Positions 46,510-54,676 of a stretch of DNA of 64,000 nucleotides are shown piece by piece (the stretch's first letter is position 1; every line of letters begins with the position of its first letter). Location: NCBI GenBank assembly GCA_001821135.1, contig MHSA01000021.1, forward strand, positions 3,956-67,955, given 5' to 3'. The position numbers and the translations under genes were made by a program. The notes under the pieces were generated by a model, which saw nothing but the letters and a program-made list of their open reading frames with translations, made no database searches and had not been told where the DNA came from. This DNA is from Candidatus Taylorbacteria bacterium RIFCSPLOWO2_01_FULL_48_100 (lineage in GTDB: Bacteria > Patescibacteriota > Minisyncoccia > Phycocordibacterales > UBA10002).

Positions 46510-46893
46510 ATGCAGAAAGATTTTGACGGGTGGAATGGTGAGAAAAAACGGGCGCATGAAGAATCTCCACGTTTATATACCGTGCGTGAAATCTGGTGGT
46601 GTCGCTTTGGCGTGAACATCGGAACGGAACAAGATGGAAGCGGAAAACTCTTTTTACGCCCAGCAATTATTGTTCGTGGTTTTGGTTCGGAAACATGCGT
46701 GGTTGTGCCGCTTACCACATCAACCAAAAAACACACTCTCCGTATTCCAATAGGAAGGGTTCAAGGAAAAGAAGCGACTGCACTTTTGTCGCAAATCCGC
46801 GTTATTGATACGCGGCGTTTGATTGAAAAAATCGGGTTTCTTGAGAGAGGTGTTTTTACAAACATAAGAAAAGCCGTCAGAAAGCTGTTCTAA
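46510..46893 (+). CDS. MazF/PemK-family toxin-like protein (solo; no obvious antitoxin)
   Basis: …REIWWCRFGVNIGTEQDGSGKLFLRPAIIVRGFGSETCVVVPLTTSTKKHTLRIPIG…ATALLSQIRVIDTRRLIEKIG matches the PemK/MazF fold pattern (xIW…G.E..G..RPalIV…vvPlTs…). The start was moved to MQKDFDG, after the upstream terminator-like hairpin. Confidence 0.55.
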   Translation: MQKDFDGWNGEKKRAHEESPRLYTVREIWWCRFGVNIGTEQDGSGKLFLRPAIIVRGFGSETCVVVPLTTSTKKHTLRIPIGRVQGKEATALLSQIRVIDTRRLIEKIGFLERGVFTNIRKAVRKLF

Positions 46894-46974
46894 CGGCTTT
46901 TCGCGATTTTCTCCCCCTTACGGGGGTAAGGCCGAAGCCACTTGTATCGCACATACTAGCAAAATCATTATTTC

Positions 46975-47604
46975 TTGTCAATAACACTTATGAACACCCA
47001 TATTGCGCTCAAACAATTGGAAGAGTTAAAAAAGATCGGCGGCAAGCCGATGCGGCTTGCCGCCGAAGAATGGGATGCGGAATGGAAAACGCTCATTGCG
47101 ATAATACTTTCCGCGCGCACGCGCGATGAGACGACGATTGAAGTGTGTAAAAAGCTGTTTGCAAGATACGAAACGGCTGACGCGCTCACTCGCGCTCGCG
47201 CAGAAGAGGTCTCCGACATCATTCGCACAGTTAATTTTTACAAAAACAAAACGAGAAACATTATTGCGTGCGCTCGCACGCTCTCGGACGAATATGCCGG
47301 CGCGCCGCCACACGATATGGCGCAGTTGGTGGCGCTCCCTGGTGTTGGGCGCAAGACGGCGAATGTGTTTCTTGCAGAATACGGCGCGCCGGCAATCGGT
47401 GTTGATACGCATGTGTCCTACATTTCGCAAAAGCTCGGCTGGACGCCGCACAAAGACCCAGCGAAAATTGAAAAGGATTTAGAACATCTCTTCCCGCAAA
47501 AACATTGGCGTGTTCTTAATCAAACACTTGTTCGCTTTGGCAAGTCGCACACGAGCCGCAAAGAAAAAGACGCTATTTTGGAAGAAATACGGAATATCTT
47601 ATGA
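46975..47604 (+). CDS. nth: Endonuclease III-like HhH-GPD DNA glycosylase
   Basis: HhH-GPD motif LVALPGVGRKTANVFL. Catalytic-region GVDTHV. No obvious 4Fe-4S Cys cluster at the C-terminus. Confidence 0.65.
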   Translation: MSITLMNTHIALKQLEELKKIGGKPMRLAAEEWDAEWKTLIAIILSARTRDETTIEVCKKLFARYETADALTRARAEEVSDIIRTVNFYKNKTRNIIACARTLSDEYAGAPPHDMAQLVALPGVGRKTANVFLAEYGAPAIGVDTHVSYISQKLGWTPHKDPAKIEKDLEHLFPQKHWRVLNQTLVRFGKSHTSRKEKDAILEEIRNIL

Positions 47605-47891
47605 CAAAAAGGTTTGTAAGAACAAAAGAAGATTTTATTTGCGAAAATTGTGGTGCGGAAGTAAATGGCAACGGCTACACAAATCATTGCTCCGAGTGCT
47701 TGTGGAGCAAGCATGTGGATGTTCACCCTGGCGACCGCGCGGAGCCGTGCGGCGGGCTTATGAAGCCCGTTTCGCTTGCAAAAAAACGAGAAAAGTTTTC
47801 AATTACGCACCAGTGTCTTCGGTGTGGCGCGGAGCGCCGCAATGTCGCTTCAGAAGGGGATAAAATAGAAGTGCTGTTGTCGGCTTTTTAA
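47601..47891 (+). CDS. Small zinc-ribbon protein (CxxC…CxxC…CxxC; RNHCP-like)
   Basis: …FICENCGAEVNGNGYTNHCSECLWSKHVD…CGGLMKP…HQCLRCGAER. Overlaps the nth stop (ATGA). Confidence 0.35.
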   Translation: MTKRFVRTKEDFICENCGAEVNGNGYTNHCSECLWSKHVDVHPGDRAEPCGGLMKPVSLAKKREKFSITHQCLRCGAERRNVASEGDKIEVLLSAF

Positions 47892-49048
47892 TTTCCGCTT
47901 GTTTTGTAAATAACATCTGTCAGTTTTTTGCGGAGCAAGGGAGCAATCTGAATATTGAATTGTTCTGATAGGGAAGCGAGAGCGGCGTTTTTAAGTTCAT
48001 ACAAAGAAAAGCCCGCTTCTTCCGCAAATGCGCGCGCAATATAGTCGGTTGTCAGCGCGCGCACATCGCGCGTGTCCGTGTTGCCCTCTACAATCGCCGT
48101 GGTGATAAGCCCAACAAGCTCACCCGCGCCATCAACAACCGCGCCGCCGCTCGCGCCTTTTTGTGCGAGTAGGTTTCCTCCGAGCCCAATAATGTCAAGT
48201 GTGTCTTCGCCGAGCGTGTAGCGCGACTGTATGGTTGCAAACGACGACACACTGTACAACTCGCGCTGGACTGCAATGCCGCCGAGGAATCCTGCTGGGT
48301 AGCCCGCGGCGAGGAATGCGTCTCTGGTTTCAACTTCTAGTAATTTTTCTCGTAGTGGAATAAATGGAAATGAAGAGGGAAGTTGCGCGTTTGGGTTTGT
48401 GGTTTCTGTTACAAGTAGAAGCGCGTAGTCATTTTCTCCCCGTTCTTTTGGATTTTCTTCAAACAGGTTTTTTGCATTATCGGTAATCCAGCGCGGTGAA
48501 ATATAAAATACTTCCGCGCGATAGCGGTTCACTGCTGGGTTGCCAACACGAATGGTGCAATCAAGTAAATCGGACTTCTCGTCTCCAGAGGTTAACAAAA
48601 GATATTGTGCCACATGCGCGTTAGTAAGAATAATCCCGCGCGGGTCTATAAAAACACCGCTACCGGACAGCGGTTGAAATACATCCCCGTTTTTTGAGAC
48701 GCAAAGAACATTGGTGAGCGCGCCGCGCATTTTTTCGTTGATAGTATTCCAGTCAGGTTCAACTACGCTCGTCGTAGGAGGTATAGAGGGAAGTGGTATG
48801 GGTGTAGTAGCGACAGAAACAGGAATTTCTTTCTGTTTTGGTATTGGTGGCGCGGCAACTGGCGTTGTTGTTGGCGTTTCCACCATGTCTTCTGTGGCTG
48901 TACTGATGTTCTTGAGAACATCAGAATATACAGGAGTGGGCGAAGTGTTCAGCACATCTTGCTGTTGAAAGTTTTTAACCACGAGCGTCGTCGCGCCTCC
49001 AACTAGCGCGAGCAACAGAAACATCAGCAATTTTCCGAACAGAGTCAT
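47888..49048 (-). CDS. Membrane-anchored trypsin-like (S1) serine protease with Pro/Thr-rich linker
   Basis: N-terminal TM. Catalytic triad context GIILTNAHVAQ (His), NDYALLLV (Asp), GASGGAVVD (Ser in GxSGG). Confidence 0.6.
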   Translation of the reverse strand: MTLFGKLLMFLLLALVGGATTLVVKNFQQQDVLNTSPTPVYSDVLKNISTATEDMVETPTTTPVAAPPIPKQKEIPVSVATTPIPLPSIPPTTSVVEPDWNTINEKMRGALTNVLCVSKNGDVFQPLSGSGVFIDPRGIILTNAHVAQYLLLTSGDEKSDLLDCTIRVGNPAVNRYRAEVFYISPRWITDNAKNLFEENPKERGENDYALLLVTETTNPNAQLPSSFPFIPLREKLLEVETRDAFLAAGYPAGFLGGIAVQRELYSVSSFATIQSRYTLGEDTLDIIGLGGNLLAQKGASGGAVVDGAGELVGLITTAIVEGNTDTRDVRALTTDYIARAFAEEAGFSLYELKNAALASLSEQFNIQIAPLLRKKLTDVIYKTSGN

Positions 49049-49091
49049 TGAGGTTTCATTCTAGCAGAAATTTTGGTACGATTCCGTTGTC

Positions 49092-49162
49092 GCGGGCGTT
49101 GTATAATGGCAATACGCGACCCTTCCAAGGTTGAGACGCGAGTTCGATTCTCGCCGCCCGCA
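49092..49162 (+). tRNA. tRNA-Gly (anticodon TCC)
   Basis: GCGGGCGTTGTATAATGGCAATACGCGACCCTTCCAAGGTTGAGACGCGAGTTCGATTCTCGCCGCCCGCA. Anticodon stem CGACC/GGTTG with loop CTTCCAA. Confidence 0.7.
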
Positions 49163-49228
49163 AATTACAAATTCAGTTTTCCATCCGCCTGAGGCGGACG
49201 ATTCTCCCATCCCGCAAATAAGGAAAAA

Positions 49229-49250
49229 TCCCCCGCTGGGGGATTTTTCC
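49229..49250. terminator. Bidirectional intrinsic terminator (aaaaatcccccgctgggggattttt)
   Basis: Perfect GC stem flanked by an A-run and a T-run, between the tRNA-Gly gene and the 3' end of the HU gene. Confidence 0.5.
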
Positions 49251-49277
49251 GGTTCCGCAAAAACAACATTCCGAGCG

Positions 49278-49550
49278 TTATTTCACAGCTTCCTTGAGCG
49301 CTTTCGCCGCGCGGAATTTCGGGACTTTCATTGCGGCTACTTGCACAGTTGCGCCTGTGCGCGGATTGCGCGCTTGGCGCGCCTCGCGCTGTTTAACCGA
49401 GAAAATACCGAGACCCGCGATAGAAACCTCCTCGCTATTCTTGAGCGAACCCACAATCGCGTCAACCACTTTGTCCACGACCGCCTCCGCCTGCACTTTG
49501 GTAGTGCCGAGCACTTCGTGTACTGCATCTGCAATGCCTTGTTTATTCAT
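49278..49550 (-). CDS. HU/IHF-family nucleoid-associated DNA-binding protein
   Basis: MNKQGIADAVHEVLGTTKVQAEAVVDKVVDAIVGSLKNSEEVSIAGLGIFSVKQREARQARNPRTGATVQVAAMKVPKFRAAKALKEAV is a classical HU sequence. The start was moved to MNKQG. Confidence 0.8.
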   Translation of the reverse strand: MNKQGIADAVHEVLGTTKVQAEAVVDKVVDAIVGSLKNSEEVSIAGLGIFSVKQREARQARNPRTGATVQVAAMKVPKFRAAKALKEAVK

Positions 49551-49557
49551 AGGTGAA

Positions 49558-49605
49558 CATACCAATATACGAATGATACGAATCTACAAATAGATACGAA
49601 TGATT
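49558..49605. repeat. R2 element, left-arm copy immediately upstream of the HU start
   Basis: acaccaatatacgaatgatacgaatctacaaatagatacgaatgattt. Confidence 0.6.
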
Positions 49606-49699
49606 TCGTAATTCAGTAGGAAAATAAATAATAATAAAGTATTAAAACGACTCACCTATTATCCCCCATTGGCGTTAGAATGCAAGGGTTTTTTGGGAA

Positions 49700-49762
49700 A
49701 TTAATATACGAATATACGAACAATACGAATCAACGAATGGCTACGAATAAGGATAAATAGGG
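49700..49762. repeat. R2 element, left-arm-type copy
   Basis: aattaatatacgaatatacgaacaatacgaatcaacgaatggctacgaataaggataaatag. Confidence 0.6.
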
Positions 49763-49791
49763 CTTAACAGAGCCATATTTTGCGATTTTGC

Positions 49792-49820
49792 TTGACTTCT
49801 ACAATCAGGTATGCTATACT
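49792..49820 (+). promoter_or_regulatory. Sigma70-like promoter: TTGACT-17 bp-TATACT
   Basis: cttgacttctacaatcaggtatgctatact. Perfect spacing and near-consensus hexamers. It points toward the structured leader and the small ORF at 49991. Confidence 0.4.
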
Positions 49821-49990
49821 AGATAGTAGCAAAATAAGGTTCTTTGATAGGGCTTCTTCACAGCGTTGAGGGCGGGGAGTTATTATTTTTTACTAAAACA
49901 ACCCTACCCTCGCCGCTGTGAGGAAGTAAACCCGCCTCCTCGGCGGGTCGCCGAAGAGGCGACAACAAAAACAAAAAGAAAGGCAAAAAA

Positions 49991-50122
49991 ATGAACGCCG
50001 CGCACAAGAAGTCCAAATTGGTCAAACGGATTGCCCGACTCGCCAAAAAGTACGGGCAAGGCCACAAATTTGTGGCCGAGGCGCAACAACGCCTCACGGT
50101 GCTGGAAGCCATCGCACAATAG
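49991..50122 (+). CDS. Possible 43-aa basic protein (MNAAHKKSKLVKRIARLAKKYGQGHKFVAEAQQRLTVLEAIAQ)
   Basis: My own translation. The ATG follows aaaggcaaaaaa. It is preceded by a ~160-nt GC-rich leader with several stem-loops, and followed by the terminator at 50147-50175. Confidence 0.25.
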   Translation: MNAAHKKSKLVKRIARLAKKYGQGHKFVAEAQQRLTVLEAIAQ

Positions 50123-50146
50123 CGGTGTGACTTTTCCAGCACCAAA

Positions 50147-50175
50147 CGCACGGATTAAAAGTCCGTGCGTTTTTA
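50147..50175 (+). terminator. Rho-independent terminator (cgcacggattaaaagtccgtgcgttttt)
   Basis: 9-bp stem plus T-run. It abuts the stop codon of the convergent rny gene. Confidence 0.5.
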
Positions 50176-51705
50176 TTATCTTGCATACTCCACCACCCGA
50201 TTCTCCCGAATTACCGTTACTTTAATTTCGCCAGGATATTTTAGTTCGTCTTCAATCTTTTTTGCTGTGTTTTTGGCGATATTTTTCGCTTCCAAGTCGG
50301 ACACCTCGGCTGATTTTACGAAAATGCGAATTTCGCGACCCGCTTGGAGCGCGTACGCCTTCTCAATACCGGGGGAGGAAGTCGCAATCCGTTCAAGGTC
50401 TTCTAATCGCTTCAAGTAATTTTCTACCGTGTCGCGCCGCGCGCCGGGCCGCGAGCCCGAAATGGCGTCCGCGACCTGCACAATCACCGACTCCGGCGTT
50501 TCAAACGGATACTCGCCGTGGTGTGCTTGCATCGCCTTCACCACTGCCTCGTCTACGCCGAACTTTTGCAAAATGCGCCGCCCGATTTCCACATGCGTGC
50601 CCTGCACCTCGTGGTCCATCGCCTTGCCGATGTCGTGAAGTAGCGCTCCCGCCTTCGCCACGGCGATATTCACACCAAGTTCCGCAGCAATCATACCCGC
50701 GATATGCGCCATCTCAATGGAGTGGTGTAGCACATTCTGGCCGTAGCTTGTGCGGAAGTGCAGACGCCCCAAAATTGCAATAACCTGCGGTGGGAGATTG
50801 ATAACCCCACACTCAAACGCCGCCTGCGTGCCCTTGTCTTTGATTATTTTGTTTATTTCTTGCTCCGCCTTTTCCACCATCTGTTCAATTTTTGCGGGCT
50901 GAATCCTGCCGTCAAGTATCAGATTCTCCAGCGCGACGCGCGCGATTTGCCTGCGAATCGGATTAAAAGACGAAATGGTAATTGCGCCAGGCGTATCGTC
51001 AACAATAACCTCCACGCCAGTCGCGCGCTCAAACGCCTTGATATTCCTGCCCTCCTTGCCGATAATTTTGCCTTTCGCGTCGTCGGAGGGGATGGATACG
51101 GAAGTAGTGAGCGAGTCCGCAGCGATATTGGTGCCTAATCGCTGTATGGCGGAAGTAATAATTTCCTGCGCTCGTCGCTCCAGCTTTTCCTCGCCGCCCT
51201 GCTCAAGCTTTTGCATCCTCATCAGAATATCCTCCTCGTTCTTTTTTTCCACTGCCGCGATGAGTTCTTTCTTCGCGTCTTCTTCCGAGAGGCGCGCCGC
51301 GCGTTCAAGTGCCGCGCGCTTTTCCATTTCCAGCGCGTCCGCGCGCTCCTTAATTTTCTTAATTTCAATAATCCGCGACTTCAGTTCTTCCGTTTCTTTG
51401 TCCAAATCCGACTGCCGTTTGTCCAATGTGTCCTCCCGCTTCACGAGCCGCTCCTCGCTTTTCTTGACCGAATCTTCTTTGACCCTCGCTTCATTGCGCG
51501 CTTCTTTGAGAATGCGCGCCGCTTCCTCTTCCGCCCTGAGCGTCAGTTTTTTTGATTCCTCCTGCCCTTTCAATTCAATTTCCTTCAACTTCAGCTCCAT
51601 AGAGCCCTTCTTGCCGAGGGAAATTAGAAAACGCAGGTACGCGCCTAGCCCGACCCCGAGAAGCCCCGAAGCCGCGGCGAGCGCAAGCACTAGTTTTAGA
51701 GACAT
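50176..51705 (-). CDS. rny: Ribonuclease Y
   Basis: 509 aa. N-terminal TM, long coiled coil, KH domain (…IGKEGRNIKAFERATGVEVIVDD…) and HD domain (…LLHDIGKA…). This is the canonical RNase Y architecture. Confidence 0.85.
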   Translation of the reverse strand: MSLKLVLALAAASGLLGVGLGAYLRFLISLGKKGSMELKLKEIELKGQEESKKLTLRAEEEAARILKEARNEARVKEDSVKKSEERLVKREDTLDKRQSDLDKETEELKSRIIEIKKIKERADALEMEKRAALERAARLSEEDAKKELIAAVEKKNEEDILMRMQKLEQGGEEKLERRAQEIITSAIQRLGTNIAADSLTTSVSIPSDDAKGKIIGKEGRNIKAFERATGVEVIVDDTPGAITISSFNPIRRQIARVALENLILDGRIQPAKIEQMVEKAEQEINKIIKDKGTQAAFECGVINLPPQVIAILGRLHFRTSYGQNVLHHSIEMAHIAGMIAAELGVNIAVAKAGALLHDIGKAMDHEVQGTHVEIGRRILQKFGVDEAVVKAMQAHHGEYPFETPESVIVQVADAISGSRPGARRDTVENYLKRLEDLERIATSSPGIEKAYALQAGREIRIFVKSAEVSDLEAKNIAKNTAKKIEDELKYPGEIKVTVIRENRVVEYAR

Positions 51706-51939
51706 TGTTGGTGTCCGGTAGAGTTCGCGGGAAAAAGAGCCGCCATTAGCAATGGGCGATTTAATTCACCAAGTATTGTTTTTCTGAATCCGACAACATT
51801 TTAGTAAGAATCTAAGCGCGCATAAGGGGACATTCCATAACCCGTTTCACCCCAAGACATAATTCAATTTAATAAGTTGATACGCCAATTTTTTAATTGA
51901 CCCTATCACTCTACTACAACTCACCCTTTTTTGCAAAAG

Positions 51940-52515
51940 TTATAGAATCTTATCAATCACCCCGTACTTTTTTGCTTCCTCGGTAGACATATAGTAGTCG
52001 CGCTCAACATCTTTTTCTATTTGTGCGACCGGTTGGCCTGTGTTTTCAGCAAGAATCTTGTTGAGTTTTTCACGAATTTTGATAATTTGTTTTGCGGTAA
52101 TTTCAATGTCCGTTGCTTGTCCCTGCGCGCCTCCGAGCGGCTGGTGAATCATAATTTCCGCGTTCGGGAGCGCGAAGCGCTTACCTTTTGCGCCAGAGGA
52201 AAGGATAATCGCCGCGCCGCTCGCCGCAAGCCCAACACACACAGTGGAAACATCGTTTTTTACATGATTCATCGTGTCCACAATCGCGAGCGTTGCGGTA
52301 ACAGAGCCGCCCGGCGAGTTCACATAGAGTGAAATGTCTTTTTTCGGGTCTTCGGATTGCAAGAAGAGGAGCTGGGCAATCACAATGTTTGCCGTGTAAT
52401 CCTCAATCGGCCCGCCGAGGAATATAATGTTTTCTTTCAGAAGACGCGAATAAATATCGTACGCGCGCTCGCCGTTTGTCGTCTTTTCTATGACGGTTGG
52501 AATTAAGATGGACAT
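51940..52515 (-). CDS. clpP: ATP-dependent Clp protease proteolytic subunit
   Basis: …[59 protein letters not shown]… has the ClpP catalytic Ser context (GxSxG…). Confidence 0.9.
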   Translation of the reverse strand: MSILIPTVIEKTTNGERAYDIYSRLLKENIIFLGGPIEDYTANIVIAQLLFLQSEDPKKDISLYVNSPGGSVTATLAIVDTMNHVKNDVSTVCVGLAASGAAIILSSGAKGKRFALPNAEIMIHQPLGGAQGQATDIEITAKQIIKIREKLNKILAENTGQPVAQIEKDVERDYYMSTEEAKKYGVIDKIL

Positions 52516-52573
52516 ATGTTTCTTGATTTACGAATAAGATAGGGGAGAGTATAGCAGAAATCTTTTTTTGTAT

Positions 52574-52813
52574 CTACTTACTTGTCCATACTCGCCACAT
52601 CTTTTTGTTTATTTTTGACTGGCGAATCATTATTTCCAATGTTCTAGGAGGGAAACTCTTTTGTCCGTGGAAATTTATATTTACAACCGCGCCTGTTAGT
52701 TCATTTACCCAATATTCATGCGAACCCTCGGTTTGCTTGTAAAAAACAAACCCGCGTTCAGACAAAAATCTTGTTACATCGCGATAGGTCCAATTAAAAA
52801 CTCCTCGCGGCAT
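52574..52813 (-). CDS. hicA: HicA-like mRNA interferase toxin
   Basis: …VTRFLSERGFVFYKQTEGSHEYWVN… matches the HicA/YcfA pattern (GSHe). The start was moved to MPRGVF. The upstream track extension is hydrophobic junk. Confidence 0.5.
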   Translation of the reverse strand: MPRGVFNWTYRDVTRFLSERGFVFYKQTEGSHEYWVNELTGAVVNINFHGQKSFPPRTLEIMIRQSKINKKMWRVWTSK

Positions 52814-53087
52814 AGGGAGTAATAAGGAAATGATAAGGTGAACGAACTCGCTTCCTCCCACTCGTTGCAATAACGGCTTGGCGATATTTATCCCAGTATT
52901 CCTTTGGAGCATGTCGATTCAGCAAATCATCATTCATATTAAGTTTTCGCACTACTTTCAAATACCCTTCCGCCGCTTCAACGATACTTTCCATCAATGT
53001 GGCTGGGTCATTTCCCTCCTCGATAATATCTAGCGTCAAACAAACCCCTACATAGGTTTTGCCGTCTTTGTACACCAAAAACTCCAT
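52794..53087 (-). CDS. hicB: HicB-like antitoxin
   Basis: MEFLVYKDGKTYVGVCLTLDIIEEGNDPATLMESIVEAAEGYLKVV fits the HicB N-terminal fold pattern. It overlaps the hicA start by 20 nt. Confidence 0.45.
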   Translation of the reverse strand: MEFLVYKDGKTYVGVCLTLDIIEEGNDPATLMESIVEAAEGYLKVVRKLNMNDDLLNRHAPKEYWDKYRQAVIATSGRKRVRSPYHFLITPYAARSF

Positions 53088-53215
53088 CGTTCCTTTTTCT
53101 TTTGTGTTTTTTGAACGCATCGTCATACGAGTAGAGTATAGCAAGTTGTTTGTTTATCAGCAATGCTAAACCCGCCAGTGGTTGGCGGGTTTGATTTCAA
53201 TCTTTTGTTGTATGC

Positions 53216-53494
53216 TTATTCCTGATTTAGCGCGTTCAGGTCTTCGTCCAAGTTGAGAGCGTCACCAGCGTTCAAGTCCGCTTCTATGTCGGAGAGTTCA
53301 TCCGATGCGCCCGCCGCGGCGTTCACTGCCGCCGACTCGTCAAAGTTGAGTTCGCCTTCCTCCTGCTGTAGTTTGCCGCCCCAGAAGTACAAAGCGCCGA
53401 GTACGAGAATCAAGATTACGATGATTGAGCCGATGAGCGCGCCAACGCCGCCCTTTTTCGGTTCTCCCATCGGCATTCCGTTTTGTGGTTCCAT
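53216..53494 (-). CDS. Small membrane-anchored acidic protein, hypothetical
   Basis: One TM (ALIGSIIVILILVLGALYFW) followed by an acidic D/E-rich tail. Confidence 0.35.
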   Translation of the reverse strand: MEPQNGMPMGEPKKGGVGALIGSIIVILILVLGALYFWGGKLQQEEGELNFDESAAVNAAAGASDELSDIEADLNAGDALNLDEDLNALNQE

Positions 53495-53523
53495 TTTCTT
53501 AAAAAATTAATTAATAATTAAAA

Positions 53524-54156
53524 TTATTTTGGCTTTACTGCGTTCCGTCCTGGCTTCAGGGAATTGACTGCGTCAACAAGCGCGGCGTGCGCGGACTTTA
53601 TTTTAGCTTCCGCGTTGCGCGCGGCTGTGGTTACTTGGGCGATTGACTCTTTGGTTGCGGTTTCCGCCGCTGTTTGCGCTTTCGCCTTCACTTCTTCAAT
53701 CGCCGTTTTTGCATCAGCAATTTTCACTTTTGCCGTTGCGACAAGCGATGTAGATAAATCGGTGTTGGTGCCTTGTGTTGCGAGTTTTGCAATACGCGAC
53801 TCAGTGCGCACGAGAAGTGCATCAATTGTTTTTGCTCGCGCTTCCAATTTACGAACAACATTCTGAAGTTGTGTCTTTTTGAGCGCGCTTATTTTTTCTT
53901 TTACTGCTTTCCGTTCCGTTTTAACTTCGTCTTTCTTTCCCGCAACACGCTCTTTGAGAGTTTGCACCTTTGCGCGGATTCCCGTTGTAGGTTTTGCTGT
54001 GGTCGGTGCGGCTTGCGTTTCTACCGGTGCGGCGGTTGTTTGAGCCGAATCTGTTGTTGCCTGTGCCGCATCTTGCGCGAACGCGAGACCCGCAACGAAG
54101 AGAAGCCCCGCGACTGCCGCCGCCTGAAACGGCAAGATTGTTTTTACATTTTGCAT
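53524..54156 (-). CDS. Secreted Ala/Thr/Lys-rich coiled-coil protein, hypothetical
   Basis: Signal peptide followed by a low-complexity helical region. Confidence 0.4.
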   Translation of the reverse strand: MQNVKTILPFQAAAVAGLLFVAGLAFAQDAAQATTDSAQTTAAPVETQAAPTTAKPTTGIRAKVQTLKERVAGKKDEVKTERKAVKEKISALKKTQLQNVVRKLEARAKTIDALLVRTESRIAKLATQGTNTDLSTSLVATAKVKIADAKTAIEEVKAKAQTAAETATKESIAQVTTAARNAEAKIKSAHAALVDAVNSLKPGRNAVKPK

Positions 54157-54540
54157 ATTTTAATAATTTATTAACGACTAATTTTTAACAAATGTATTAT
54201 ACACACACACGCCTTTCCTGCGCAACCCTTGCGCCAAGCCGCTTTCTGTTTCATGGCGATAAGAAACGAGACCTACCACGCGTCTTTGTTAACGCACGGA
54301 CATCTACCATCAACATCTTGTCTTTTGTTGCATATAACGCATTTTGTTTTTGCCCATTCAATCGGCATATAGAGAGTAATTATTTCCGATTTCTTAAAAC
54401 ATGCTACACTCTTTTTGCGGACTGTTTTTAATGTTTCACCCATTGTTTGTTTGTGGTGTGCGATGTGCATGTTGTTAGTATATCAAAGAACACCGCACAA
54501 AACATAAATGACCACCCACAGATTGATTTTTGAGTACATA

Positions 54541-54577
54541 AAACGGCTCAGCGCGCGCTGAGCCGTTTTTGTTTATT
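54541..54577. terminator. Bidirectional intrinsic terminator (aaaacggctcagcgcgcgctgagccgtttttg)
   Basis: 12-bp GC-rich stem flanked by an A-run and a T-run, about 100 nt downstream of the hppA 3' end. Confidence 0.55.
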
Positions 54578-54676
54578 GTCTAATTCGCGCGAATTAGCAC
54601 ATATACATTGGTATAATAAAAGCCCGCGCTGGAGGGCTTTATGCGTGTTCGGACACGGGAGCTGTGCGAGCGATTT

